A DNA stretch of 62,779 bases, the filler included, from Chiloscyllium plagiosum (Eukaryota), in NCBI RefSeq assembly GCF_004010195.1. It is 4 parts of one record of this genome, joined end to end, with 100 filler letters (N's around TTAATTAATTAA, not from the genome) between each part and the next. Parts side by side here need not be neighbours in the genome. Positions count along the whole stretch, not along the records: positions 23,987 to 54,168 come from NC_057713.1; 3 more parts are not named here. The stretch is one strand, 5' to 3'. The first letter of the stretch is position 1. Every line of letters starts with the position of its first letter. Shown in pieces: positions 35,179-46,936 of this stretch. Under the pieces are notes generated by a model that saw only the letters and a list, made by a program, of their open reading frames with translations, was not told where the DNA came from and made no database searches. The position numbers were made by a program, and so were the translations under genes.

Positions 35179-38100
35179 AGGGCGTCAGCAGCAGTGGGAA
35201 CGTCAGCAGCAGTGAGGGCGTCAGCAGCAGTGGAAGCGTCAGCAGCAGTGGGAACGTCAGCAGCAGTGGGAGCGTCAGCAGCAGTGGGAGCTTCAGCNNN
35301 NNGCAGTGAGAGCGTCAGCAGCAGTGAGAGCGTCAGCAGCAGTGAGGACGTCAGCAGCAGTGAGAGAATCAGCAGCAGTGAGGACCTCAGCAGCAGTGAG
35401 GGCGTCAGCAGCAGTGAGAGCGTCAGCAGCAATGAGGGCGTCAGCAGCAGTGAGAGCGACAGCAGCAGTGAGAGGGACAGCTGCAGTGAGGGCGTCAGCA
35501 GCAATGGGATCGTCAGAAGCAACGAGGGCGTCAGCAGCAGTGAGGGCGTCAGCAGCAGTGAGGGCGTCAGCAGCAGTGAGGGCGTCAGCAGCAGTGGGAA
35601 CGTCAGCAACCCTGGGACCATCAGCAGGAGTGAGGGCGTCAGCAGAAGTGAGGGTGTCAGCAACATTGTGAGCGTCAGCAGCAATGAGGGCGTCAGCAGC
35701 AGTGAGGGCGTCAGCAGCAGTGGGAGCGTCAGCAGCAGTGGGAGCGTCAGCAGCAGTGAGGCAGTGGGAGCGTCTGCAGCAGTTGGGGCATCAGCAGCAG
35801 TGAGGGCGTCAGCAGCAGTGGGAGNNNNNNNNNNNNNNNNNTGGCGTCAGCAGCAGTGAGAGCGTCAGCAGCAGTAGGAGCGTCAGCAGCAGTGGGAGCG
35901 CCAGCAGCAGTGGGAGTGTCAGCAGCAGTGGGAGCGCCAACAGTCGTGATGGCGTCAGCAACAGTGAGAGCGTCAGCAGCAGTGAGGGAGTCAGTAGCAG
36001 TGGGAGCGTCAGCAGCAGTGAGGGCATCAGCAGCAGTGGGAGCGTCAGCAGCAGTGAGGGCGTCAGCAGCAGTGGGAGCCTCAGCAGCAGTGGGAGCGCC
36101 AGCAGTCGTAATGGCGTCTGCAGCAGTGAGAGCGTCAGCAGCAGTAGGAGCGTCAGCAGCAGTGGGAGCGCCAGCAGCAGTGGGAGTGTCAGCAGCAGTG
36201 AGAGCGTCAGAAGCAGTGGGAGCCTCAGCAGCAGTGAGGGCGTCAGCAGCAGTGGGAGTGTCAGCAGCAGTGAGGGCATCAGCAGCAGTGAGGGCATCAG
36301 CAGCAGTGGGAGCGTCAGCAGCAGTGAGGGCGTCAGCAGCCTTGGGAGCGTCAGCAGCAGTGGGAGCGTCGGCAGCCTTGGGAGCGTCAGCAGCAATGAG
36401 GGCATCAGCAGCATTGGGAGCGTCAGCAGCAGTGGGAGCGTCGGCAGCAGTGAAAGCATTAGCAGCAGTTTGAGCGTCAGCAGCAGTGGGAGCGTCAGCA
36501 GCTGTGAGGGCGTCAGCAACTGTTAGGTTTTCAGCAGCAATGAGGGCGTCAGCAGCAGTGATGGTGTCAGCAGGTGTGAAAGCATTAGCAGCAGTTTGAG
36601 CGTCAGCAGCAGTGAGGGCGTCAGCAGCAGTGGGAGCGTCGGCAGCAGTGGGAGCGTCGGCAGCAGTGGGAGTGTCAGCAGCAGTGGGAGCGTCAGCAGC
36701 AGTGCGAGCGACAGCAGCAGTGAGGGCGTCTGCAGCAGTGAGGGCGTCAGCAGCAGTGAGGGCGTCAGCAGCAGGTAGAGCGTCAGCAGCAGTGAGGGCA
36801 TCAGTAGCAGTGAGAGCGTCAGCAGCAGTGAGGGCGTCAGCAGCTGGTAGAGCGTCAGCAGCAGTGAAGGCATCAGCAGCAGTGGGAGCTTCAGCAGCAG
36901 TGAGGGCGTTATCAGCAGTGGGAGCGTCAGCAGCAGTGAGGGCGTCAGCAGCAGTTGAAGCGTCAGCAGCAGTGAGGGCGTTATCAGCAGTGGGAGCGTC
37001 AGCAGTAGTGGGGACGTCAGCAGCAGTGAGAGCGAGAGCAGCAGTGGGAGCGTCAGCAGCAGTGAGGGCGTTATCAGCAGTGGGAGCGTCAGCAGCAGTG
37101 TGAGCGTCAGCAGCAGTGGGAGCGTCAGCAGCAGTGAGAGCGTCAGCAGCAGTGTGAGCGTCAGCAGCAGTGTGAGCGTCAGCAGCAGTGGGACCGTCAG
37201 CAGCAGTGAGAGCGTCAGCAGCAGTGAGGGCGTCAGCAGCAGTGGGAGCGCCAGCAGCAGTGGGAGCGTCAGCAGCAGTGGGAGTGTCAGCAGCAGTGGG
37301 ATCGTCGGCAGTAGTGGGAGTTGAGAGCGTTAGCAGCAGTTGTGGCGTCAGCAGCAGTGAGAGCGTCAGCAGCAGTGAGGGCGTCAGCAGCTTTGGGAGC
37401 ATCAGCAGCAGTGGGACCGTCGGCAGCAGTGGGGGCGTCAGCAGCATTGAGAGCGTTAGCAGCAGTTGTGGCGTCAGCAGCAGTGAGAGCGTCAGCAGCA
37501 GTGAGGGCGCAGCACTGGTACCGTCAGCAGCAGTGGGAGCATCAGCAGCAGTGAGGGCTTCGGCAGCAATGGGAGCAACAGTAGCAGTGGGAGCATCAGC
37601 AGCAGTGAGGGCATCAGCAGCAGTGGGAGCGTCAGCAGCAGTGGGAGCGTCAGCAGCAGTGGGAGCGTTAGCAGCAGTGGGAGCATCAACAACATTGGGA
37701 GCATCAGCAGCAGTGGGAGCCTCAGCAGCAGTGAGAGCGTCAGCAGCAGTGAGGGCGTCAGCAGCAGTGAGGTCGTCAGCAGCAGTGAGAGCGTCAGCAG
37801 CAGTGAGAGCGTCAGCAGCAGTGGGGGCGTCAGCAGCAGTGAGGACGTCAGCAGCAGTGAGGGCGTCAGCAGCAGTGGGAGCGTCAGCAGCAGTGGGNNN
37901 NNNNNNNNNNNNNNNNNNNNNNNNNNNNNNNNNNNNNNNNNNNNNNNNNNNNNNNNNNNNNNNNNNNNNNNNNNNNNNNNNNNNNNNNNNNNNNNNNNNN
38001 NNNNNNNNNNNNNNNNNNNNNNNNNNNNNNNNNNNNNNNNNNNNNNNNNNNNNNNNNNNNNNNNNNNNNNNNNNNNNNNNNNNNNNNNNNNNNNNNNNNN

Positions 38101-39590
38101 NNNNNNNNNNNNNNNNNNNNNNNNNNNNNNNNNNNNNNNNNNNNNNNNNNNNNNNNNNNNNNNNNNNNNNNNNNNNNNNNNNNNNNNNNNNNNNNNNNNN
38201 NNNNNNNNNNNNNNNNNNNNNNNNNNNNNNNNNNNNNNNNNNNNNNNNNNNNNNNNNNNNNNNNNNNNNNNNNNNNNNNNNNNNNNNNNNNNNNNNNNNN
38301 NNNNNNNNNNNNNNNNNNNNNNNNNNNNNNNNNNNNNNNNNNNNNNNNNNNNNNNNNNNNNNNNNNNNNNNNNNNNNNNNNNNNNNNNNNNNNNNNNNNN
38401 NNNNNNNNNNNNNNNNNNNNNNNNNNNNNNNNNNNNNNNNNNNNNNNNNNNNNNNNNNNNNNNNNNNNNNNNNNNNNNNNNNNNNNNNNNNNNNNNNNNN
38501 NNNNNNNNNNNNNNNNNNNNNNNNNNNNNNNNNNNNNNNNNNNNNNNNNNNNNNNNNNNNNNNNNNNNNNNNNNNNNNNNNNNNNNNNNNNNNNNNNNNN
38601 NNNNNNNNNNNNNNNNNNNNNNNNNNNNNNNNNNNNNNNNNNNNNNNNNNNNNNNNNNNNNNNNNNNNNNNNNNNNNNNNNNNNNNNNNNNNNNNNNNNN
38701 NNNNNNNNNNNNNNNNNNNNNNNNNNNNNNNNNNNNNNNNNNNNNNNNNNNNNNNNCAGCAGCAGTGGGAGCGTCAGCAGTCTTGGGGCCGTCAGCAGCA
38801 GTGAGGGCGTCAGCAGCAGTGGGAGCGTCAGCAGCAGTGGGAGCGTCAGCAGCAGTGGGAGCGCCAGCAGTCGTGATGGCGTCAGCAGCTGTGAGAGCGT
38901 CAGTAGAAGTGTGAGCGTCAGCAGCAATGAGGGCATCAGCAGCAGTGGGATCGTCAGCAGCAGTGGGAGGGTCGGCAGCAGTAGGACCGTCGGCAGCAGT
39001 GAGAGCGTCAGCAGCAGTGGGAGCGTCGGCCGCAGTGGGAGCGTCGGCAGAAGTGGGAGTGTCAGCAACAGTGGGAGCGTGAGCAGCAGTGAGGGCGTCA
39101 GCAGCAGTGAGAGCGTCAGCAGCAGTGAGGGCGTCAGCAGCAGGTAGAGCGTCAGCAGCAGTGAGGGCGTCAGCAGCAGTGAGAGCGTCAGCAGCAGTGA
39201 GGGCATCAGCATCAGGTAGAGCGTCAGCAGCAGTGAGGGCGTCAGCAGCAGGTAGAGCGTCAGCAGCAGTGAGGGCGTCAGCAGCAGTGAAGGCGTCAGC
39301 AGCAGTGAGAGCGTCAGCAGCAATGAGGGTGTCAGCAGCAGTGGGTGCGACAGCAGCAGTGAGAGCATCAGCAGCAGTGATGGTGTCATCAACCGTGTGA
39401 GCCTCAGCAGCAGTGGGAGCGTCAGCATCAGTGGGAGCGTCAGCTGCAGTGGGAGCGTCAGCAGCAGTGAGGGTGGCAGCAGCAGTTGGAACGTCAGCAG
39501 CGGTGGTAGCATCAGCAGCAGTGGGAGCGTGAATAGCTCTGAGGGCATCAGCAGCAGTGAGAGCGTCAGCAGCAGTGGGAGCTGTGGCAG
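35179..39590. repeat. GC-rich minisatellite, 18-bp unit GCGTCAGCAGCAGTG(A/G)G(A/G), interrupted by N gaps
   Basis: Unit read directly; it accounts for all the long low-complexity ORFs in this interval. Confidence 0.95.
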
Positions 39591-39754
39591 GATAGCCAGC
39601 CTCTCACTCTTTACCACCGGATGTACGAATTAATTATTCTCTGAGGAGATTTTCTATCCATAATGTCTGCTACAATGAGGCACCAGTCAACCACATCCTT
39701 AACCTTAGAGGTGGTGGCATTGCCTCCTCGCATTGTAATACCCAGCCCAGAGGA

Positions 39755-40205
39755 ATAGTGTGGTGCTGGAAAAGCATAACAGGTCCCGCAGCATCCGTGG
39801 AGCAGGAGAATCGATGTTTTGGGCATAAGCCCTTCATTAGGAATGTGGAGGGTGGGGGCAAGTGGGCTGAGTGATAAACAGTGGCGTAAGTGTGTGGGTG
39901 GGGCTGAGGGGGAAGGTCGGTGGGATGGCGATAGGTGGTTGCAAGTTGGGTGTGATAATGATAGGTTGGGGGGAGGGTGGACTGGATAGGTAGGAGGGAA
40001 GATGGACAGGTCGGACAATTCGAGAGGGCTGTGCTAAGATGGAGGGGTGGATCTGGGATGAGGTGGGGGGAGGGGAGATGAGGAAGCTGGTGAAGTTGAC
40101 ATTGATACCATGGAGACCCGACACCTGCTGGAAAAACATCTCATCTTTTGCCTTGGGACCCTCCAACCATACAGCATCAACGTTGACTTCACCAGTTTCC
40201 AAATT
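39755..40205. mobile_element. Penelope-associated element pieces with a decayed hammerhead motif (39810-39845, minus strand)
   Basis: Minus strand cctaatgaagggcttatgcccaaaacatcg. EKHLIFCLGTLQPYSINVDFTSF (GIY-YIG C-terminus) is on +, with a short internal inversion at 40075-40205. Confidence 0.7.
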
Positions 40206-40209
40206 TCAC

Positions 40210-41700
40210 ACCCACTTCCACCACTCGCTGATGGGCACCTCTTGGTTCCTAACATCAAGTTGAGGAGCTTCACCGGACCCCTTGCAGTGTCAGTGTTTCT
40301 GGGTCAGGAGGGGCGTGCTTATCTCCTCCTCCCTCTTGCCTATTTTTCTCCTCAGGTGATCCTCCAGTATGTCATCATTGGAAGAGGAGTCGCTGGTGTG
40401 TCTCTTTCCACTCTGCTGCTGACCAGTGCTGGCCCTGTGTGACTGAAGGGTTTTCCTTTTGCAATTATTCTTTATTACCTCCCACACGCATCCCTGTTTG
40501 TTCACTGCCTCTACCTTTGTCAACTTTGTATTCTCAGGTAAAGGTTCAGTTGGTTTATCACTGTCTGGAGGGTCTTTGTCTTTTTTTCTGTATGTCTTGC
40601 TTCCCTTCTGATGGTCGTTTACTCTGTGGTGTTATTGGAGGGTGGCATCCTACTGTCCTTTTAGGGTTCCACAGCTCAGGTTGCCAGTCTGGCCATCTGA
40701 GCACATATGCCCCCATCCCCATCTTGAACATGCCTTGTAGAGGTACCCTGCTTCCCCACACAGCTTCCAATTCTTGGACTCTTTGTCATCTTTTGTCAGA
40801 TGCTCCTCCTTCTGACAGAGGGTCACTTGACAATCTGCTGCTCTGTGCCCTGACTTCCCATAGGTTTGGCACACCCTACGCTGCCCCACGTATGTCAGGT
40901 AGCCTCAGCTTCCTCAAACATGACGATAGAGTGCAGTTGAAGGATGCCACCACCAGCATCCGCCTTCACTGTCACCTTGACATGACGCTTGTTTACCCAG
41001 ACCTCAGACGGATCCACTACATCACTACTACCTCCTTCAAGCTATACATACCTCCCAGGAAGATCAGGACATCTGTTGTCCACCTGTGGGGGCTGTATAT
41101 ATGGACTGTAACAACCCAGCTCCTCTCCACTTGGACAATGAAGATTGATGCCACAGACAGAACAGAGAGGGGACCCTCATCCTTTCTCCTCACATACCCC
41201 AGGTGATGTTCCAATTGCTTCACACTCTGGAAGGTCATGTTGAAATATCCCCACTGAAATCATGCAGTCATAAATTTTATTTTGAAAAACTATGCTTTAT
41301 TCATCCTCTACTTGGAACCCACAGCAATCCTGGAGGATCCTCTTGATGACAAAGTTCTAATCGATCTGGGGAAGGGTCACTCAACCCGAAACGTTAACTC
41401 TGATTCCTCTCCACAGATGTTGCTAGACCTGCTTGATGTTTCCAGGAATTTCTGTTTTTGTTTCCAATCAACTAATGTTCCTTCTTCCACAGTCACCATG
41501 ACTATGTTCCAAACACCCTTGCCTGAGGCTCAGGCACTTGCTGAGGTCATAGCTCTGGTTGGTTATACACTGAAATGGTCTTAGGCTGAAGCCAGCAAAA
41601 GGATCTGCCAATAGCAGCCCAATTCAACCAACAATCCTCCAACACCCAATTACGAACCAGCAAAAATGTCGAAATCCTTTGATGACTCACAACTCACAAT
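40210..41700 (-). mobile_element. Tx1/L1-clade (Keno-like) retrotransposon 5' part: 5'UTR plus degenerate ORF1 with CCHC zinc knuckles
   Basis: ATG at 41550 (MTSASA*ASGKGVWNIVMV). Downstream GQRRVCQTYGKSGHRAADC...CQKEEHLTKD...LCGEAGYLYKAC resembles a three-knuckle ZCCHC3-like ORF1p. Interrupted by a short repeat at ~41360-41465. Confidence 0.75.
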
Positions 41701-41701
41701 T

Positions 41702-41736
41702 TACACTTGGTCTTAGCCAAAAGGCTGAGAAACAAT
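41702..41736 (-). pseudogene. U2 snRNA 5' fragment (nt 1-35)
   Basis: Minus strand ATTGTTTCTCAGCCTTTTGGCTAAGACCAAGTGTA vs vertebrate U2 ATCGCTTCTCGGCCTTTTGGCTAAGATCAAGTGTA: 31/35, all four differences transitions, two at CpG. Confidence 0.88.
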
Positions 41737-42650
41737 CCCTGCAGTCATACACACCACATTAAACTCATAATCCTCATCAATTCCTTTAATTTGACTTTAA
41801 CAAAGCAATGCTGGCTGTCCTTAATTAACCCATGTTTGTCCAAGTGATTACTAATTTTGTTCCAAATTGTCATTTTTAAATGCTTTCAAGCAATAATGTT
41901 TAAATAGAGTGAGGTGTTGTTGCTGGGTTTATCCAGTCACCATTTTTTTTTTAAGAAGACTGTAACATTTACGGTTCTGCATTCTATTCAATTTGTGCCT
42001 GTATCTAACGAGGATTATGAGAACATAGCCAATCCCTATAGAAATTATACATCTTTCAGTAGAATTGAATGTTTCTTTTCTATCCAGGTAATCAACTTCA
42101 AGTACAGCCAGTCTGTCAAATGCTCTGTGTATTGCTCTGACATTCATTCTAGTCCAACAGTTTTCTTCCATTATGTCAGGAGACATTGGAGAGAAGATCT
42201 CAAGGTAGTTGAGAGAATAGAAAAGGTATGATGCAAAGTTATAAAGTGGGTATAAGGAGCACAGGTTCAAACTTGTTAAAGGTAAACTTAAGCTTCATGT
42301 CAGAAAACTTTCTTCCCACAAAGACTACACAATGTATAAAATAGACTTCTAGACTGGTAAAAATGAACATCCTTTAACCCCTCCCCTCCACCCCCCCAAA
42401 AATTTAAGAAATAGTTGGATGCTGCAGTGGAGATGTTACTGAGTGGATACATTTCGATGTAACAAATGGTCTCAATATCATCCACTAACAATTCAAATAA
42501 CATCTGGCATGATGACTTCAAAACTTTATCAGCCTGACTATGTTTGTTTTGTTGATCATCAGGAGATTTTTCTATTATGCGTTTCAGTGTAATCTCTCTA
42601 TGACCAGGACCTTTACAGTAAATACAATATTTTGTTTCCTACTGTTTCAG

Positions 42651-42743
42651 TGTAAAACTTATGCGTGTGTGCTGGAGAGTCACCTCATGGGACTGACAAT
42701 AGACTTCAATATGGGTTTTGTATGCTTTGATGCCGCATCAAAG
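42651..42743 (+). CDS. SNTG1: Gamma-1 syntrophin internal exon: CKTYACVLESHLMGLTIDFNMGFVCFDAASK
   Basis: Acceptor ctgtttcAG, donor AAG|GTAAGA, 93 nt, phase 0-0. Near-identical to the recalled human SNTG1 (CKTYACVLESHLMGLTIDFSTGFICFDAATK) and unlike SNTG2. Confidence 0.95.
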
Positions 42744-43081
42744 GTAAGAAGTTGAAGTTTGCCTTTTCATTAGCAATGATTTAATTGGAACTTCTTTTTA
42801 CTCAACATTTGAGCACAAGAATATCAATTTAATTTGTAAAGCTTTATCACCAAGCTGCCAAAAAAATGAATCAAGGTGCACTTTAATTAGATATCATCTC
42901 AGAAAATCCTTTGTGCCAGATATTTTCTGCCACATGGATAACTTAATATGAACAAATTCCCTATTGTATGCAAACTCTGAGAAGTCTGTATTTTTAAGTA
43001 TATTTCTTGTTCAATGATATGAACGATGAGGGTTTAAAATATTATTAATGAAAAATAAATTACGTTACAAATAACGATAGG

Positions 43082-43303
43082 CAAAAGTGGGTACTGCAGA
43101 TGCTGGAGGTTAGAGTCAAGATTAGAGTGGTGCTGAAAAGGCACAGCAGGTCAGGCTGCATCCGAGGAGCAGGAAAATCGACGTTTCGGGCCAAAGCCCT
43201 TCATCAGGAATTCATTCCTGGTGGAGGGCTTTGGCCGGAAATGTTGATTTTCCTGCTCCTTGGATGTTGCCTGACCTGCTGTGCTTTTCCAGCACTACTC
43301 TAA
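43082..43303. mobile_element. Short Penelope-associated element arranged as an inverted repeat (arms ~43122-43211 and 43214-43303)
   Basis: The arms are near reverse complements around gaat-tc-attc. Confidence 0.75.
43178..43210 (-). ncRNA. Minimal hammerhead ribozyme motif with intact core
   Basis: Minus strand C-CUGAUGA-A-GGGC-UUUG-GCCC-GAAA-CGUC-GA: perfect 4-bp stem II, GUC cleavage triplet, palindromic ACGU; stem I is weak. Confidence 0.6.
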
Positions 43304-43309
43304 CAAATA

Positions 43310-44080
43310 AAGGTAGCGTAGCAGTCAATGTGTTGTGGCTGTAGAAATGGGAACTTTTGGACTCCTGTAAACATTTCTGCATTGCCTCTGCAACTGGAGG
43401 AGTATTGTCTCAGAGTCCATGAGCTGGAGGTCGAGTTACAAATGTTGTGATACACCGGGGAGGGAAAGAATTACCCTTTACATTGTGGGTTTCTGATTTG
43501 CTGCATGATCAGGAATAGGAAGTGATGACTGAGGAAGTAATGAGTGAGGCAGGTAATGGAATCGAGAAGGCAGGAGCCTCAGGCTATGCAATAGTTTTGC
43601 AACTTGTATGGATGAGGCCAGGTCTGCAGTGTGGAAGGGCAAACTGGCCGAGGAATAGGAAACCATTTCAATTGGGTGAAATGAAAGGAATCCAGGAGGC
43701 GTCGACTGTATAGGTGGGGAAGTGAACATACTGCTGTGCAGAAGGCAGTGAGAAACTGCTGTGTTGCCTGCCTGATTCCTGCCTGTTCTGGACTGGAGAG
43801 GATTTTTGACTGTGATGAAGGTGATATGACTGTTGTGGTTTGCAAATGAAACAACAGTATAGTTAGAACTAGGAAAGAGGATCTGCTGAGGGAATACAAG
43901 CAACCATGATCAAATTAAACATCAAAACCTCAAATGTAGCAATCTTTGGATTATTACCTAAGCCATAAATAAATCAAAGTAGGGTAAATAAGATTAAAGA
44001 GTTGAGTGTGTGGTTCACAGATTGGTATGGGAGATATAGATTTGACTGGGACAAGTCGGAAGACTAATTGAGACTGGTTT
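43310..44080 (+). mobile_element. Highly degenerate CR1 ORF1 region
   Basis: Remnants of LQLEE..LRVHELE and of the esterase VCCLP motif; low identity. Confidence 0.55.
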
Positions 44081-44089
44081 CAACCGAAA

Positions 44090-44490
44090 GATCTCTTTTA
44101 CACTGGTGAGACCAAACGCAGATTGGGTGATCGCTTTGCAGAACACCTCTGTCCTGACTGTAGGAATAACACTGATCTACCGGTTGTTTGCCATTTCAAC
44201 AAATCACCTTGCTCTCACACTCGCATATCTGCCCTGGGCCTGCTGCAGTGCTGCAATGAGAATGACACATGCTTGAGGAACAAAACCTCATTATCTGCTT
44301 TACAGTTTTGAGGCCTCAATGTTGAATTCTATAACTTCAGAAACTAATCACATTATATGTGTATTCTCCATTTCTCTTACACTCTATTGTTTGTGTCTTG
44401 TTAACTCTACCTGATGAAGGAGCAGCGCTCCAAATGCTCGTACTTCCAAATAATCCTATTGGACTATAAGCTGGTGTCGTGAGATTTTTA
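44090..44490 (+). mobile_element. Penelope GIY-YIG fragment followed by a short element with a decayed hammerhead core (cctgatgaaggagcagcgctcc, 44410)
   Basis: YTGETKRRLGDRFAEHL...PVVCHFN is the GIY-YIG YIGET motif region. Confidence 0.75.
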
Positions 44491-44799
44491 TCTTAGTAGA
44501 GAAGACCAATTCTTTCACTTTCAAACTTTAATTTTACATATCGCTGTTGCTATCGCCAACATGAACAATTCCTTTGTCTTTTGTGTTAGGCCTATACGCC
44601 GTCTGCCTCTTGCTCTTCCTCCACCTCTATCAAAAGTATTAAAAAATTTCCAACTCCTTTCAGTTCTGAGCAAAAGTCATACAGGGCTTAACTCGCCACA
44701 GATGCTGCAAGACCTGCTGAATTTCTCCAATATTGTCTGTATTTGTTTCAGATTTCTGGTGTCTACAATATTTGGCTTTTACATAACACAGCTGGAATA

Positions 44800-45835
44800 C
44801 AGTGAACAGATTTGGAACAGATTTAGATGGTCTGATCGGATAGGCTATACAGTGGCAAATGGAGTTTAATTCTGAAAAGTGTGAGGTATTGTATTTTGGG
44901 AGGACCAACAAGATAAGGGAGTACGTTTTGAATGCTCATACCTTAGGAGCTAAAGAGAATCAGAGAGACTTTGGTGCATGTGTCCAATGATCCTTGAAGG
45001 CAGCAGGACAGATAGATAAGGTGGCTAAGGAAGTGTATAGAACATAGAATATAGAACAATATAGTGCAGAACAGGCCCTTCGGCCCTCGATGTTGCACCG
45101 ACCTGTGAACTATTCTCAGCTCGTCCCCCTACACTATCCCAAAATCATCCATGTGCTTATCTAAGGATTGTTTAAATCTCCCTAACGTGGCTGAGTTAAC
45201 TACATTAGCAGGTAGGACATTCCATACCCTTACCACTCTCTACGTAAAGAGAGTGTATGGCATACTTGCCTTTATTAGTCAAGGTGTTAAATACAAAAGC
45301 AAGCAAGTTATAATGGAGTTGCATAAAATGTTATTTAAGCCACGGCTGGGATATTGTGTGCAATTCTGGTCGCCATGCCACAAGAATGATGTGATTGCGC
45401 GAGAGAGGATGCAGAAGAGATTCACCAGGATGTTGCCTGAGCTGGAATGATTAAACTATGAAGATATACTAGTTAGGGAGTGTTTTCTTAGAGCATAAAA
45501 GGCTGAGGTGGTATCTGATTGAGGTAAACAAAGTTCGGAGGGGCGTAGAGAGAGACCCTTCCCCCTCAGAAAAGATTAATAATGAGGAGACTGCAGTTTT
45601 AACTTAAGGAGCAGACCGGATGTGAAGAAGCATTTTTTACCCAGAGGTTTGTAGGTATCTGGAAGTTATTGCTTAAAAGGATGATAGATGTGCAAATGTT
45701 CAAGTCTTTAAGAACTATTTTGATGAACATTTGCAATGTCATAGCCCATATATGGGCCAAATCCTGGAAAATGGGATTAGAATAGATAGATAAATGTTGA
45801 CCAACTTGGATGTGGTGGGCTGAAGTTGAGGAATA
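44800..45835 (+). mobile_element. CR1 3' fragment with a nested antisense CR1 3' end (~45038-45250)
   Basis: YGILAFISQGV...PRLGYCVQFWSP...RMQKRFTRMLP; the insert begins with a (tagaaca)n tail. Confidence 0.8.
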
Positions 45836-45889
45836 TAGGGAGGTAAGAGTCATAGCAGTGATATACCTAGCAGCAGCAATTCCAAATTC

Positions 45890-46900
45890 TAACCTAATTA
45901 AAGGTGTCAGTATCTGACCTAGCGGAAGGCATGGGAGATAGCCTCACCGGTGCTGCTTCTGAGGCATCCGTTCTTTCTTCTTCAGAGATATAAGAGCAAA
46001 TATCTTGTGAGACAAGCCTCTTAGATGCCAACACCATTCTGCTTCCACAGGAACACACAGGAGACAAAGAGAGGAGAGACAAAGACATTCAGACATGTTA
46101 ATAATACGTATCCATGACAAGAAACCTAGAGGGGATTTGGTAATGGTGGAGAGGTGCAGCAATGGACAATGCTTCTTGTTTGGTTTCCATATCATTGTGG
46201 TTTCAGCATCTTCACAGGAGTGGTCCCAGTATCACCTGATCCAGAGTTAGAATTCTGTTTTTTTTATAGTGGGGATTCGACCATCATCTTGATTCTCTCC
46301 ACCCAACTGTGGAGTATTTTCTCCTGCAATTAGACAAAGGGAGGGACTAAGTTGGATGAAAGCGACTGACATAGCTTTTAGTGCTGGAGCAGGTGTGAAA
46401 TGGAGCAAGAAGTAGATTGTACCAAAACCATACAGGGTTAGTAATGTGAAATTTGTGGTGGGTGAGAGCAAGTGAAGATAAATTATGTATGCAAGAGTGA
46501 GCAGAGGATCTGGTGAGAGGTGAGTACAGCAGCAGAGATACAATATGAAGTAACAGAGAGCAAATAGTGGCAAGTAACCCTGATGGTTCTGAGAAGGTGA
46601 TTAATCTTCTTCATATGCTGCTGTGCATGCCTTCAAATGGCTGAGACTCCAACACTCTCTCAGATGACAACCTATGACCAGGCTGTCAGGGTCCATTATC
46701 ATGGCTTCCTCTGGTGATCCTGGGGGAAGAGTATGGCCCTCCCCTGTGGTACCCTATGCATAAGGAACTCTACATCTCTGTCCACAAATTGGGACACCAA
46801 CATGCTCCTTCAATGTCATGTCTGGGACTAATATCATGAACCCTGCAGGATAGCTTCAGACTGTCAGTGATAGTCTGAGTGTGCAAAGATGGTGACATTG
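45890..46900 (-). mobile_element. Probable Harbinger Myb/SANT-like ORF remnant
   Basis: Minus strand near 46575-46685 reads AWS*V...VSAI*RHAQQHMKKINHLLRTIR, resembling the AW..VA..VS....R...QCRKK.NDL signature. Confidence 0.4.
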
Positions 46901-46936
46901 ACAGAGATGCCTTTCCAACCTGGGTGAGTGGTGAGT

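Noticed and set aside
34606..39633. Long ORFs (417, 566, 538, 577 aa) resembling antifreeze or mucin proteins
   Set aside because: Products of an 18-bp tandem repeat and of N runs; open in several frames on both strands, with no splice or promoter context.
40439..41206. 255-aa plus-strand ORF
   Set aside because: Antisense to the degenerate Tx1-type ORF1; no recognisable protein features.
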